Of a stretch of 64,000 bases of DNA, positions 1 through 8,272 are shown piece by piece. Origin of the DNA: Gemmatimonadota bacterium (GTDB lineage Bacteria > Gemmatimonadota > Gemmatimonadetes > Longimicrobiales > Gaopeijiaceae); assembly GCA_039589315.1 (NCBI GenBank), contig JBDHHQ010000009.1, positions 1 through 64,000 on the forward strand, given 5' to 3'. Made by a program: the position numbers and the translations under genes. The notes under the pieces are model-generated. The model was not told the origin of the DNA and ran no database searches. It saw nothing but the letters and a program-made list of their open reading frames with translations. Numbering within the stretch: position 1 is the stretch's first letter; each line of letters starts with the position of its first letter.

Positions 1-315
1 GTAGGGGAACTCCGCCTTCCGGGGAATCGCGCCGTATCGCATTTCGGCGAGCCGCACGTACTCCCTCGCGTCCTTCACGTAGGGCTCGAAGAGGCGGGGA
101 TCCCCCGGGTGCGGCAGAATCTGGTCGATCCCTCTTCCCGTCATCACGTCGCCGCACAGGAACAGGCTCACAGGGTCGCTTCGCGTACGAACGGGGTCGG
201 TGGGAGCCGGACGCGAGCGTAGGGCAGGGGAGCCAGCGGCGGCGCCCTCCCCGGAGGCCACGCCCAACGCCGTGGCTCCGGCGAGCGTGAGGAAGCGGCG
301 TCTGCCCATGCTCAT
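1..315 (-). CDS. CapA-family (poly-gamma-glutamate synthesis / metallophosphatase) protein with Tat signal; only the N-terminal part, runs off the window edge
   Basis: Not in the ORF track; manual translation from ATG 315: MSMGRRRFLTLAGATALG...LFLCGDVMTGRGIDQILPHPGDPRLFEPYVKDAREYVRLAE, matching the CapA GDVM motif; RRRFL twin-arginine. Confidence 0.8.
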   Translation of the reverse strand, partial: MSMGRRRFLTLAGATALGVASGEGAAAGSPALRSRPAPTDPVRTRSDPVSLFLCGDVMTGRGIDQILPHPGDPRLFEPYVKDAREYVRLAEMRYGAIPRKAEFPY

Positions 316-331
316 CGACAGGGCTTCGACC

Positions 332-1438
332 TCAGGGTCCGCCCAGCTCGAGCTTGAGCTGGAAGACCTCCAACTGCCCGTCCCGCACGACCATGAGTCG
401 GGTCGCGCCACTCTGCCCCATCTTGGCCAGCGCCTCCATGGCGTCCACGTCCGGAGAGACCGAGTTCTCGTCTGACGCCGGCGTGAGAATGTCCGCGACC
501 CGCGTCCGGTCCCATTCCTCCCGCGGCACGCTCTTCACGTCCCTCAGCGTGACGATGCCCCGGAGGACTCCGTTCTCCACCACGGGGTAGGCATTGAAGT
601 GATGCTGATAGACGTAGCTCTCCACCAGGTCCTGGACATTCAGGCCCGGCGGGACGGTAACCACCCGCGTCTGGGCGAAGCGGCGCACCGGCTCACCTTC
701 CAGCAGCTTCTTGAGGATGACCTGCTGATAGCCCATCTGGGCCGCGTTCCGCAGGAAGAGACCGATCAGTGCGAACCAGACGCCACCGAGGAGCGAGCCC
801 CCCAGGACGGAGAGGATGCCCAGCGCGATCAGCGCGGTGCCGAACCCCGTGCCCCAGGCGGCGGCGATCCGCGTGGCTTCCCGGAGGCTCCCCTTCCAGG
901 CCCAGAGGAGGGCCCGGAACACGCGCCCGCCATCCAGTGGGAAGGCCGGCAGCAGATTGAAGGCCACCAGGATGACGTTCAGAAAGGCCAGGTATCCGGT
1001 GACCGCCGTGATCGACACCGGCCAGCCGGCTGCCTGACCTGCCGCGGTGAGACCCCAACAAACGGCGGCGATCACGACGCTGGCCAGAGGGCCGGCGACG
1101 GCGATCAGGAGCTCCTGCCTTGGCGAGCTGGGCTCATCCGACATCTGGGCCACGCCCCCGAACAGAAACAGGGTGATGCCCTGGATGGGGAGGCCGAAGC
1201 GCTGGGCGACCACCGAGTGCGAGAGCTCGTGAAGGAGGATCGAGACGAACAGCCCCAGGGACCCCACGAGCCCCATGGCCCAGTACGTGGCCGTGGTGAG
1301 GCCCTCGTACTGCGTCGGGAACCACCCCGTGGCCAAGGACCACGCCAACAGCAGGAAGATGACCAGCCAGCTCGCGTGGATCCGTACGGGGAACCCGAAA
1401 ACCCTCACCAGCTCGATCGTCGCTCCTGCGCCGGTCAT
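332..1438 (-). CDS. Site-2 protease (M50) with C-terminal CBS domains
   Basis: HELSH zinc motif, NLLPAFPLDGG motif, several TM segments, CBS-like C-terminus. Confidence 0.92.
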   Translation of the reverse strand: MTGAGATIELVRVFGFPVRIHASWLVIFLLLAWSLATGWFPTQYEGLTTATYWAMGLVGSLGLFVSILLHELSHSVVAQRFGLPIQGITLFLFGGVAQMSDEPSSPRQELLIAVAGPLASVVIAAVCWGLTAAGQAAGWPVSITAVTGYLAFLNVILVAFNLLPAFPLDGGRVFRALLWAWKGSLREATRIAAAWGTGFGTALIALGILSVLGGSLLGGVWFALIGLFLRNAAQMGYQQVILKKLLEGEPVRRFAQTRVVTVPPGLNVQDLVESYVYQHHFNAYPVVENGVLRGIVTLRDVKSVPREEWDRTRVADILTPASDENSVSPDVDAMEALAKMGQSGATRLMVVRDGQLEVFQLKLELGGP

Positions 1439-1466
1439 CGGCGGGTGCCGCCTCGTCCGGACATGG

Positions 1467-1919
1467 TCATCGGTAGCCGAAGAAGCTGCGGTAGCTCCGG
1501 ACCAACAGCGCCAGGATGGTCACCAGGAGTACCGAGCCGACCACCCACAGCGCGGCGGTGCCCCAGTCGATCCCCACTGCGCCTGCAGGTCCGAACAACA
1601 CGCCCCCGGCCAGGGGCGCGAGGATGAACAGCTCGCTCACGGTCACCGCCGCGGTGAGCCACCACGCCCAGCGCCGGAAGCGCAGGAGCACTTCGGTGAG
1701 GCCGAAGAGCACGGCAAGGTGGAGGACGGAGAATGTCAGGCTCGTCCCCTCGGTGGATCCCCGCAGGAGGCCCGCGGCGGAGACGAGCACGACCAGCACG
1801 CCGTAGACGAGAAGAAGCCGGGCCGCCCAGACCAGTGGCGCGTGCTTGCTGGCGGCGGCTCGCCACCCGGCGCGCGTGGGGTTCGCCTCGGCCTTGGAGT
1901 CCGACGGTTCGTCCGACAT
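1467..1919 (-). CDS. Hypothetical membrane protein (about 4 TM)
   Basis: ATG 1919 preceded by GGAGGAGAGG RBS; hydrophobic segments. Confidence 0.65.
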   Translation of the reverse strand: MSDEPSDSKAEANPTRAGWRAAASKHAPLVWAARLLLVYGVLVVLVSAAGLLRGSTEGTSLTFSVLHLAVLFGLTEVLLRFRRWAWWLTAAVTVSELFILAPLAGGVLFGPAGAVGIDWGTAALWVVGSVLLVTILALLVRSYRSFFGYR

Positions 1920-2165
1920 CACGGCCTCTCCTCCCTTTGGGAGCGACGGATCGTGGCCGCGTCTCGCGCCGTCCAGGGGTACGGATGAAGCGCGGCCCAC
2001 TCTCGGACGGATAGCGCTGGAGCCGGCTCGCCGCCAGAGCCGCCGGGGCGAGCGGCCGGCTCGGCAGCGCCCGGCCAGGCGTTCGCCAGTCTGTCGGAGG
2101 TCAGGCGGGCTTCATACCTTGCCGTCCCTGATCTCGGACCTTGCGAACCTCTATACCCGCGTGCC

Positions 2166-5100
2166 ATGAGCAAGTCGCTCCTCGCCGTAGCCGCGCGATG
2201 GACCCACGCCATCGCCGTTTCCGCCACGGTCGTCTTCTCGGCCGTTGCCCTCGTCCCGGTCGGCGGCGCCCGGCCCGCAGCGGCCCAGGTGATGGACTCC
2301 ACGCTGTTCCATGACATGGAGTGGCGGAACATCGGGCCGTTCCGCGGTGGCCGCTCGGTGGCCGTGGCCGGCGTCACATCCCAACCGTACACCTACTACT
2401 TCGGCGGTGTGGGCAGCGGGGTGTGGAAGACGACCAACGCCGGCCAGACCTGGAACAACGTCTCCGACGAGACGTTCGGCACCTCGTCCGTGGGGGCGAT
2501 CGCCGTGGCCGAGTCGGATCCCAACGTCGTCTACGTGGGCATGGGCGAGCACGCGGTGCGCGGCGTCATGACGTCTCACGGCGACGGCGTGTACAAGTCC
2601 ACCGACGGGGGCAACGCCTGGCGGCACATGGGTCTACCGAACAGTCGGGCCATCAGCGACGTGTTGGTCCATCCCACGGACCCCGACCTGGTCTACGTCT
2701 CGGTGCAGGGTGCGCCGTACGGTCCGAGCGAGGACCGAGGCGTCTACCGGACGACGGACGGAGGAGAGACCTGGGCGAAGGTCCTCTACGTGAATCCCAC
2801 GTCCGGGGCGAGCTCGCTCTCCATGGATCCCAACAACCCACGAATCCTGTACGCCGGCTTCTGGGATCACCTGAGGCAGGGCTGGGAGGTGCGCTCCGGG
2901 GGCCCAGGCAGCGGCATCTGGCGCAGCACCGACGGCGGGGACTCGTGGGAGCGGATCGAGGGCGACTTCCCGGAGCTCATGGGTAAGGTCGGGGTGGACG
3001 TGGCCGCGAACTCGGACCGGATCTACGCGCTGATCGAGGCCGATCCCGGAGGTGGCCTGTACCGCTCGGACGACCGGGGCGAGAGCTGGCGGCTCGTGTC
3101 GGAGGACTGGAGTATCCGGGCCCGAGCCTGGTACTACATCGAGGTATTCGCAGACCCGCAGAACCCCGACGTCGTGTGGATCCTGAACGCTCCTGCCTTC
3201 CGGTCCATCGACGGAGGGCAGACCTGGAGCCGGGTCCGGACGCCCCACGGCGACAACCACGACCTGTGGATCAACCCTACCGACAGCGACTTCCTGATCA
3301 ACGGGAACGACGGGGGAGGTAACGTGTCTCTGGACGGGGGCGCGACCTGGTCCACCCAGCAGAACCAGCCCACTGCCCAGTTCTACCGGGTCAACGTCGA
3401 CCACCAGTTCCCCTACATGGTCTACGGCGGCCAGCAGGACAACAGCACGGTGGCCATCGCCAGCCGGAGCTTCACCGGCGGGATCGGCTGGAAGGACTGG
3501 TACCCGGTGGGCGGATGCGAGAGCGCCTACACCGGCTTCGACCGGGAGAATCCGCGGTACGTCTACGCCGGTTGCTACATGGGCCAGATCAACGAATGGG
3601 ATGCCCGGACGCGGTATTCCCGGAACGTCATGGCCTATCCCCAGCTACCCATCGCCATGCGGGCGCGGGACATGAAGTATCGCTTTAACTGGAATGCCCC
3701 AATCGTAGTCTCGCAGCATGATTCCAACGTTCTATACCACGCAGGGAATCACGTCCTGCGCACCCGGGATCGCGGCAGGACCTGGGAGGAGGCCAGCCCG
3801 GATCTGACCCGCGACGAGGACCCGAAGCAGGGCTTTGGCGGGGGGCCCATCACCAACGAGGGCGCCGGTGGTGAGATCTACGGGACGATCGCCTACCTCA
3901 TGGAGTCGCCCCACGACGCGAACACCCTGTGGACCGGCAGTGACGATGGGCTGGTGCACGTGACTCGGGACGGGGGCGCAACGTGGACGAACGTGACACC
4001 CCCCGACCTTCCGGAGTCGTTGGTCAACGCCATCGACGTCTCTCCCCACGACCCGGCGACGGCCTACGTGGCCGTGACCCGATACAAGTTCAACGACTTC
4101 ACCCCGATGGCGTTCAAGACCAGCGACTACGGCGCCAGCTGGCAGCCGATCGTGTCGGGCATCGCACCCGAGCACCACGTGCGGGTCGTGAGGGAGGATC
4201 CGGTACGCCGCGGGCTGCTCTACGCCGGCACCGAAGGTGGCATGTACGTCTCCTTCGACGACGGGGCCAACTGGCAGTCGCTCCAGCTCAACATGCCCCT
4301 GACGCCGATCACCGACGTGATCGTCCAGGGACCCTCCAACGACCTCGTGGCGTCCACGCAGGGGAGGTCGTTCTGGATCCTGGACGACCTGGGCCCCTTG
4401 CAGGCGGCCAGCGGCGACATCGGCCGGGAGGGCGTGCACTTGTTCCAGCCCCAGCCGGCCCACCGGGTCGGGGGTGGGGGCTTCAGCGGCTTCGCCGGGA
4501 ACGTCGGGAAGAATCCGCCTGCCGGCGCCATCGTCGACTTCTACCTTCCCGACGTCGACGACTCCACCGAGGTGAAGCTGGAGATCCTGAGCGGCGAAGC
4601 AGTGATTCGGACCTACACCACTCTGGCCGAGCCCCGCGACAGCACGGCCCGCCTCCAGGTGAAGCCTGGCATGAATCGGACGAGCTGGAACCTGCGACAC
4701 GAATCCGCGATCCGGATCCCCGAGCTGTACGTGTGGGGATCGCATCAGGGTCGAAAGGTCGTCCCCGGCACCTATGAGGTCCGGCTCACCGCCGGCGACG
4801 AGGTGCACACCGCCTCGATCGACGTGCTCAAGGATCCGAGGGCCGAGGCGACGCAGGCCGACTACGAAGAGCAGGACCAGCTGATGATGGCGCTGACCCG
4901 GGAGTTGAACGAGATCCACGAGGGGGTCATCGCGGTGCTCGCCGTGGACGCCCAGGTGGGTGCCGTGCTCGAGCAGGCGGAGGACTACGAGGGAGAGGGC
5001 GTCGAGACGGTGAAGGAGGTCGGCGAGGATCTGTCCGAACGGTTGATCGCGGTCAAGGACTCGCTGATCCAGGACCGGACTGTAGACGGCCAGACCGTGC

Positions 5101-5351
5101 TGAACGCCGAAAGCCGCCTCAACCTCCATTACATCTACCTGCGGAGCGCCGTAGACCAGTCCGAGGCGGGGACCACGAGGGGCGCCCACGACTTCTACCA
5201 GGATCTTTCGACGAGATGGGCGACCCACAGGGCCGAAGTGGACCGGCTGCTGGGGCCCGAGTTGGATCGGTTCAACGACGCCGTGAGGGAGAGTGGCATG
5301 CCGGCTGTCCTCGTGGGAGGACCGCTCAGGACCAGACCCGTGAGTGATTGA
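2166..5351 (+). CDS. Secreted VPS10/sortilin-like (BNR/Asp-box repeat) glycosyl hydrolase
   Basis: Signal peptide, WRNIGPFRGGRS start, many S/T-x-D-G-G-x-T/S-W Asp-boxes, GGQQDN motif. Confidence 0.9.
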   Translation: MSKSLLAVAARWTHAIAVSATVVFSAVALVPVGGARPAAAQVMDSTLFHDMEWRNIGPFRGGRSVAVAGVTSQPYTYYFGGVGSGVWKTTNAGQTWNNVSDETFGTSSVGAIAVAESDPNVVYVGMGEHAVRGVMTSHGDGVYKSTDGGNAWRHMGLPNSRAISDVLVHPTDPDLVYVSVQGAPYGPSEDRGVYRTTDGGETWAKVLYVNPTSGASSLSMDPNNPRILYAGFWDHLRQGWEVRSGGPGSGIWRSTDGGDSWERIEGDFPELMGKVGVDVAANSDRIYALIEADPGGGLYRSDDRGESWRLVSEDWSIRARAWYYIEVFADPQNPDVVWILNAPAFRSIDGGQTWSRVRTPHGDNHDLWINPTDSDFLINGNDGGGNVSLDGGATWSTQQNQPTAQFYRVNVDHQFPYMVYGGQQDNSTVAIASRSFTGGIGWKDWYPVGGCESAYTGFDRENPRYVYAGCYMGQINEWDARTRYSRNVMAYPQLPIAMRARDMKYRFNWNAPIVVSQHDSNVLYHAGNHVLRTRDRGRTWEEASPDLTRDEDPKQGFGGGPITNEGAGGEIYGTIAYLMESPHDANTLWTGSDDGLVHVTRDGGATWTNVTPPDLPESLVNAIDVSPHDPATAYVAVTRYKFNDFTPMAFKTSDYGASWQPIVSGIAPEHHVRVVREDPVRRGLLYAGTEGGMYVSFDDGANWQSLQLNMPLTPITDVIVQGPSNDLVASTQGRSFWILDDLGPLQAASGDIGREGVHLFQPQPAHRVGGGGFSGFAGNVGKNPPAGAIVDFYLPDVDDSTEVKLEILSGEAVIRTYTTLAEPRDSTARLQVKPGMNRTSWNLRHESAIRIPELYVWGSHQGRKVVPGTYEVRLTAGDEVHTASIDVLKDPRAEATQADYEEQDQLMMALTRELNEIHEGVIAVLAVDAQVGAVLEQAEDYEGEGVETVKEVGEDLSERLIAVKDSLIQDRTVDGQTVLNAESRLNLHYIYLRSAVDQSEAGTTRGAHDFYQDLSTRWATHRAEVDRLLGPELDRFNDAVRESGMPAVLVGGPLRTRPVSD

Positions 5352-5434
5352 CGGCGGCTCAGTGCAGGGGCCCGTCGCGATGCGTCCCCCGGCCGACACG
5401 GTTGTGGCGCGCCGGCAGTGGCGGGACTCCCGGG

Positions 5435-5578
5435 TCAGCCTTCGAAGCCGATCCCGCGGTGGCTGTTGTCGCAGAAGGGCTTGTTCGCCGAAGCTCCGCA
5501 GCGGCACAGCGCCACCCGCGAATCGGTGCACCGAATGACGTCCCGGGCCGGTGCCGACTCGGCTTCGCCGCCATCCAA
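5435..5578 (-). pseudogene. CDGSH iron-sulfur domain fragment, probably a decayed larger gene
   Basis: VALCRCGASANKPFCDNSH is the CDGSH 2Fe-2S motif; only a weak TTG start, and the upstream part expected of a full protein is missing. Confidence 0.6.
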
Positions 5579-5675
5579 CCGGCAGCCGCCACCGCGGCAC
5601 GGCTCCAGCGGGGGAGCTGGGTGTAGCACAGAGGTCGCCGCCGCCCTCGACCAGACCCTGGAACGCCGCCCGATC

Positions 5676-6206
5676 ATGACCACGTCCTGGAGGAACCTGA
5701 CCCGCGTCGGGTTCTCGCTCGCCGCGCTGTTCGCCGCGCGGGGTACCCCGGTCAATGCCCAGGACCCGCCCCGGCCGGATGCGGTCGTGGGCATCTGGGA
5801 GACGGCGCGGGAGGACGACGGGCAATGGTCTCGTGTCGAGATCTACCCCTGCCGGGATCAGAAGTACTGTGGCAAGATCGTGTGGCTCAGCGAGCCCCAT
5901 GTGCCGAAAGACGATGGCAGCGAGTGGGCAGGCGGCGCGAAGCTGGACATCAACAACCCGGACGAGAGCCTCCGGGATCGCCCGATCGTGGGGCTGGAGC
6001 TCATGCACTCCTTCCGCTTCGACGACGGGCAGTGGAAGGACGGGCGCATCTACGATCCCAAGAGCGGCAAGACCTACCGCGCCGAGATGAAACTGGCCGA
6101 AGACGGCGAGACGCTGGCCCTACGGGGATTCATCAAGATCGCCTTCGCCAAGATCGGCCGCACGACCAACTGGACCCGGTTCACGGACCTCGATGGGCCG
6201 CACTGA
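5676..6206 (+). CDS. DUF2147 domain secreted protein
   Basis: Signal-like N-terminus; GIWET, YCGKIVW, D-x-NNPD..LR.RPIVG, WKDGRIYDPKSGKTY, GRTTNWTR motifs. Confidence 0.88.
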   Translation: MTTSWRNLTRVGFSLAALFAARGTPVNAQDPPRPDAVVGIWETAREDDGQWSRVEIYPCRDQKYCGKIVWLSEPHVPKDDGSEWAGGAKLDINNPDESLRDRPIVGLELMHSFRFDDGQWKDGRIYDPKSGKTYRAEMKLAEDGETLALRGFIKIAFAKIGRTTNWTRFTDLDGPH

Positions 6207-6231
6207 TCCTCCTCAGCACTGATCCTCCTCA
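6200..6231. repeat. Perfect 16-bp tandem duplication GCACTGATCCTCCTCA x2
   Basis: Copies read directly at 6200-6215 and 6216-6231. Confidence 0.95.
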
Positions 6232-7011
6232 TACGGCCAGCTCGAGCTGGGTGGCCGGGGCCGGAAGCGCCGGCACGCCGGTCACCCGGGTGCCTCGCCG
6301 TCGCCGGAGGATCCGCCGCCGAGCGCGGGCTCGGGGCGTGCACCCGGCTCGCTCTGCCCAGGCCCGCCATGCCCGGCCGTGGCCCCGCTCTCCGTGCACG
6401 AGAAAGGCGCCCACGTGTGCCATCTCGTGCAGCATGGTGTCGAGGCGGGGAGCGGCGTTGCCCTCGAGAAGCAAATCAACGTTCAGGGCGATCTCCACGA
6501 TGCGGGGCTTCCCGTCTACTCGTTCTCCCACCATCTGGCCGAGGCGTGTGGTCATGCGGTCGGACAGCCGGAGTGGCACCCGGTCCGGTAGCGTGTTCTC
6601 GAAGCGGGTGGCATTCAGGTATCGGTAGAGCCGCCTGACGAACCGACGTTGTTCCGGCGTTCCCGCACATCGCTTGGCCCGGGGTGCCGAGGACACCCGT
6701 GCCGCCGCCGGGGCCCCGTCGCGAGCTTCCTGGAGGGCGCGTGCGATGCCTGGCCAGTTCCGTACGGTCCGAGCGGCGGCACGGTAGGCGGCCGAGCCGC
6801 TGCCAGCCTCGTTGGCAATGACGGCGAGGCAGCGGACGAGCTCCTCGGGCGCGCTTCGGTAGGCGACATGGAGATTCAACACCGTGCCGTGCTGGGTGAG
6901 GCTCCAGATCGTGGACCGATTCGGCCGAAACCGGACGCGCTTCACGTGACGGGCGCCGTGCTCCCGGAGAAGCGCGAGGAAGACCTCGTCGGTCCGAGGC
7001 GTGGATGACAT
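6229..7011 (-). CDS. SprT-like zinc metalloprotease
   Basis: LSDRMTTRLG, TMLHEMAH (HExxH) and HGRAW motifs typical of SprT; Arg-rich C-terminus. Confidence 0.82.
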   Translation of the reverse strand: MSSTPRTDEVFLALLREHGARHVKRVRFRPNRSTIWSLTQHGTVLNLHVAYRSAPEELVRCLAVIANEAGSGSAAYRAAARTVRNWPGIARALQEARDGAPAAARVSSAPRAKRCAGTPEQRRFVRRLYRYLNATRFENTLPDRVPLRLSDRMTTRLGQMVGERVDGKPRIVEIALNVDLLLEGNAAPRLDTMLHEMAHVGAFLVHGERGHGRAWRAWAERAGCTPRARARRRILRRRRGTRVTGVPALPAPATQLELAV

Positions 7012-7112
7012 ATGGGTGAGGTGAGCCGCGTCGCCGTCTTGGTTATTGTTACCAGAGGAAAAGACACCGGTAGGTGTCGATCATCAAGGGTCCTCAGACC
7101 GGAGCGTCGGCC

Positions 7113-8087
7113 ATGGCCGCCAAGACGACAACCAGCGCCAAGAAGTCCCCACGGACGAAGGCCACCGCAGCGAAGAAGGCGTCGGCCAAGAAGACCGCCA
7201 CGAAGGCCCGGGCCGCCAAGACGGCGCCGGCCAAGAAGCGCCCTTCGAGGACCGCCGCGGCGAAGAAGGCACCCGCCAAGAAGGCAACGGCCAAGAAGAG
7301 GCCGGCCACGAGTAGGGCCGCCGCGGCAAAGACCGCCGTGACAAAGCGTGCGACCGCTGCCCGGACGACGGCCGGGAAGAAAGCGACGGCCGCCAAGAAG
7401 ACCGTGACCCAGAGAGCGAAGACCGCGAGCAGAAAGGCGGCCGCGGTCAAGAAGACCGCGGACAAGAAGGCGGGAGCGGTCAAGAAGACCGTGCAGAAGA
7501 AGGCGGCGGCAGCCAAGAAGACCGTCACCAAGAGGGCGACCGCGGCCACGAAAACGGCAGGCAAGAAGGCTGCAGCGACGAAGAAGACCGTGACAAAGAA
7601 GGCCACCTCGGCCAGGAAGACGGTGGCCAAGAAGGCCGCGGCAGCCCGGAAATCAGCGGGACAGACGGCGTCGGCGGCCAAGAAGACCGTACAGAAGAAG
7701 GTCGCCGCGGCGAAGAAGACGACCGGGAGGCGGGCGGCGGCGACCAAAAAGACGGTGGCCAAGAAGACGACCGCGGCCAAGAAGACCGTGGCGAAGAAGG
7801 CGACCGCTGTGAGGAAGTCGGCGGCCAAACGGGCGACGGCCGCGAAGAAGACGGCTGCACGTAGGGTGGCCGCGAACCGCGCGGCCACGAAGGCAACGTC
7901 GACCGGCCGGACCACGGTCGCCAAGAAGCCCGCACCAGCGGGGAAGACCGTGTCGACCCGCAAGCCCCCGTCGACCGGCCGGACGACGGCGGCCAAGAAG
8001 CCCACCGCGGCCAAGAAGCCCGCGACCGCCAAGAAGACTACGGCTACCAGGAAGCCCACAACGCGGCCGCGCACGACCGCCAAGTAA
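7113..8087 (+). CDS. Histone H1-like Lys/Ala/Thr-rich basic protein (324 aa)
   Basis: GGAG RBS at 7101; K/A/T/R dominated; one Asp, no Glu, Leu, Ile or aromatics; GC3-rich codons in this frame. Confidence 0.85.
   Translation: MAAKTTTSAKKSPRTKATAAKKASAKKTATKARAAKTAPAKKRPSRTAAAKKAPAKKATAKKRPATSRAAAAKTAVTKRATAARTTAGKKATAAKKTVTQRAKTASRKAAAVKKTADKKAGAVKKTVQKKAAAAKKTVTKRATAATKTAGKKAAATKKTVTKKATSARKTVAKKAAAARKSAGQTASAAKKTVQKKVAAAKKTTGRRAAATKKTVAKKTTAAKKTVAKKATAVRKSAAKRATAAKKTAARRVAANRAATKATSTGRTTVAKKPAPAGKTVSTRKPPSTGRTTAAKKPTAAKKPATAKKTTATRKPTTRPRTTAK
7317..7865 (+). repeat. Degenerate 33-nt (11-aa) coding tandem repeat: 16 units plus one 7-aa unit, consensus A(T/A)AAKKTV(A/T)KK
   Basis: Manual parsing of residues 69-251 of the H1-like protein. 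Confidence 0.85.
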
Positions 8088-8272
8088 AAGGCCGCCACGC
8101 TGGACCATGGGCACCGCCGGTCCAGGTGACCGGCGACGCCTCGGGTCCGCCGGACCCTCCCGATCCGTGGACCGCACCCACGAAGTCCGCGGCCCCTCGT
8201 TGCGACTTGCGGGGGACGTGCGTCTATTCCGTCCCGTGACCTGACCGAAGTACGCCCGTCCCGGAGGCTCCA

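Noticed and set aside
3732..6008. 758-aa minus ORF and similar long shadow ORFs (8558-10282, 11471-13369, 13769-15493, 45904-48051, 49678-52194)
   Set aside because: They are antisense to well-supported genes, lack motifs, and are expected at this GC content
7317..7865. 33-nt periodicity that might suggest a CRISPR array
   Set aside because: Units are degenerate, in-frame coding, have no spacers, and there are no cas genes
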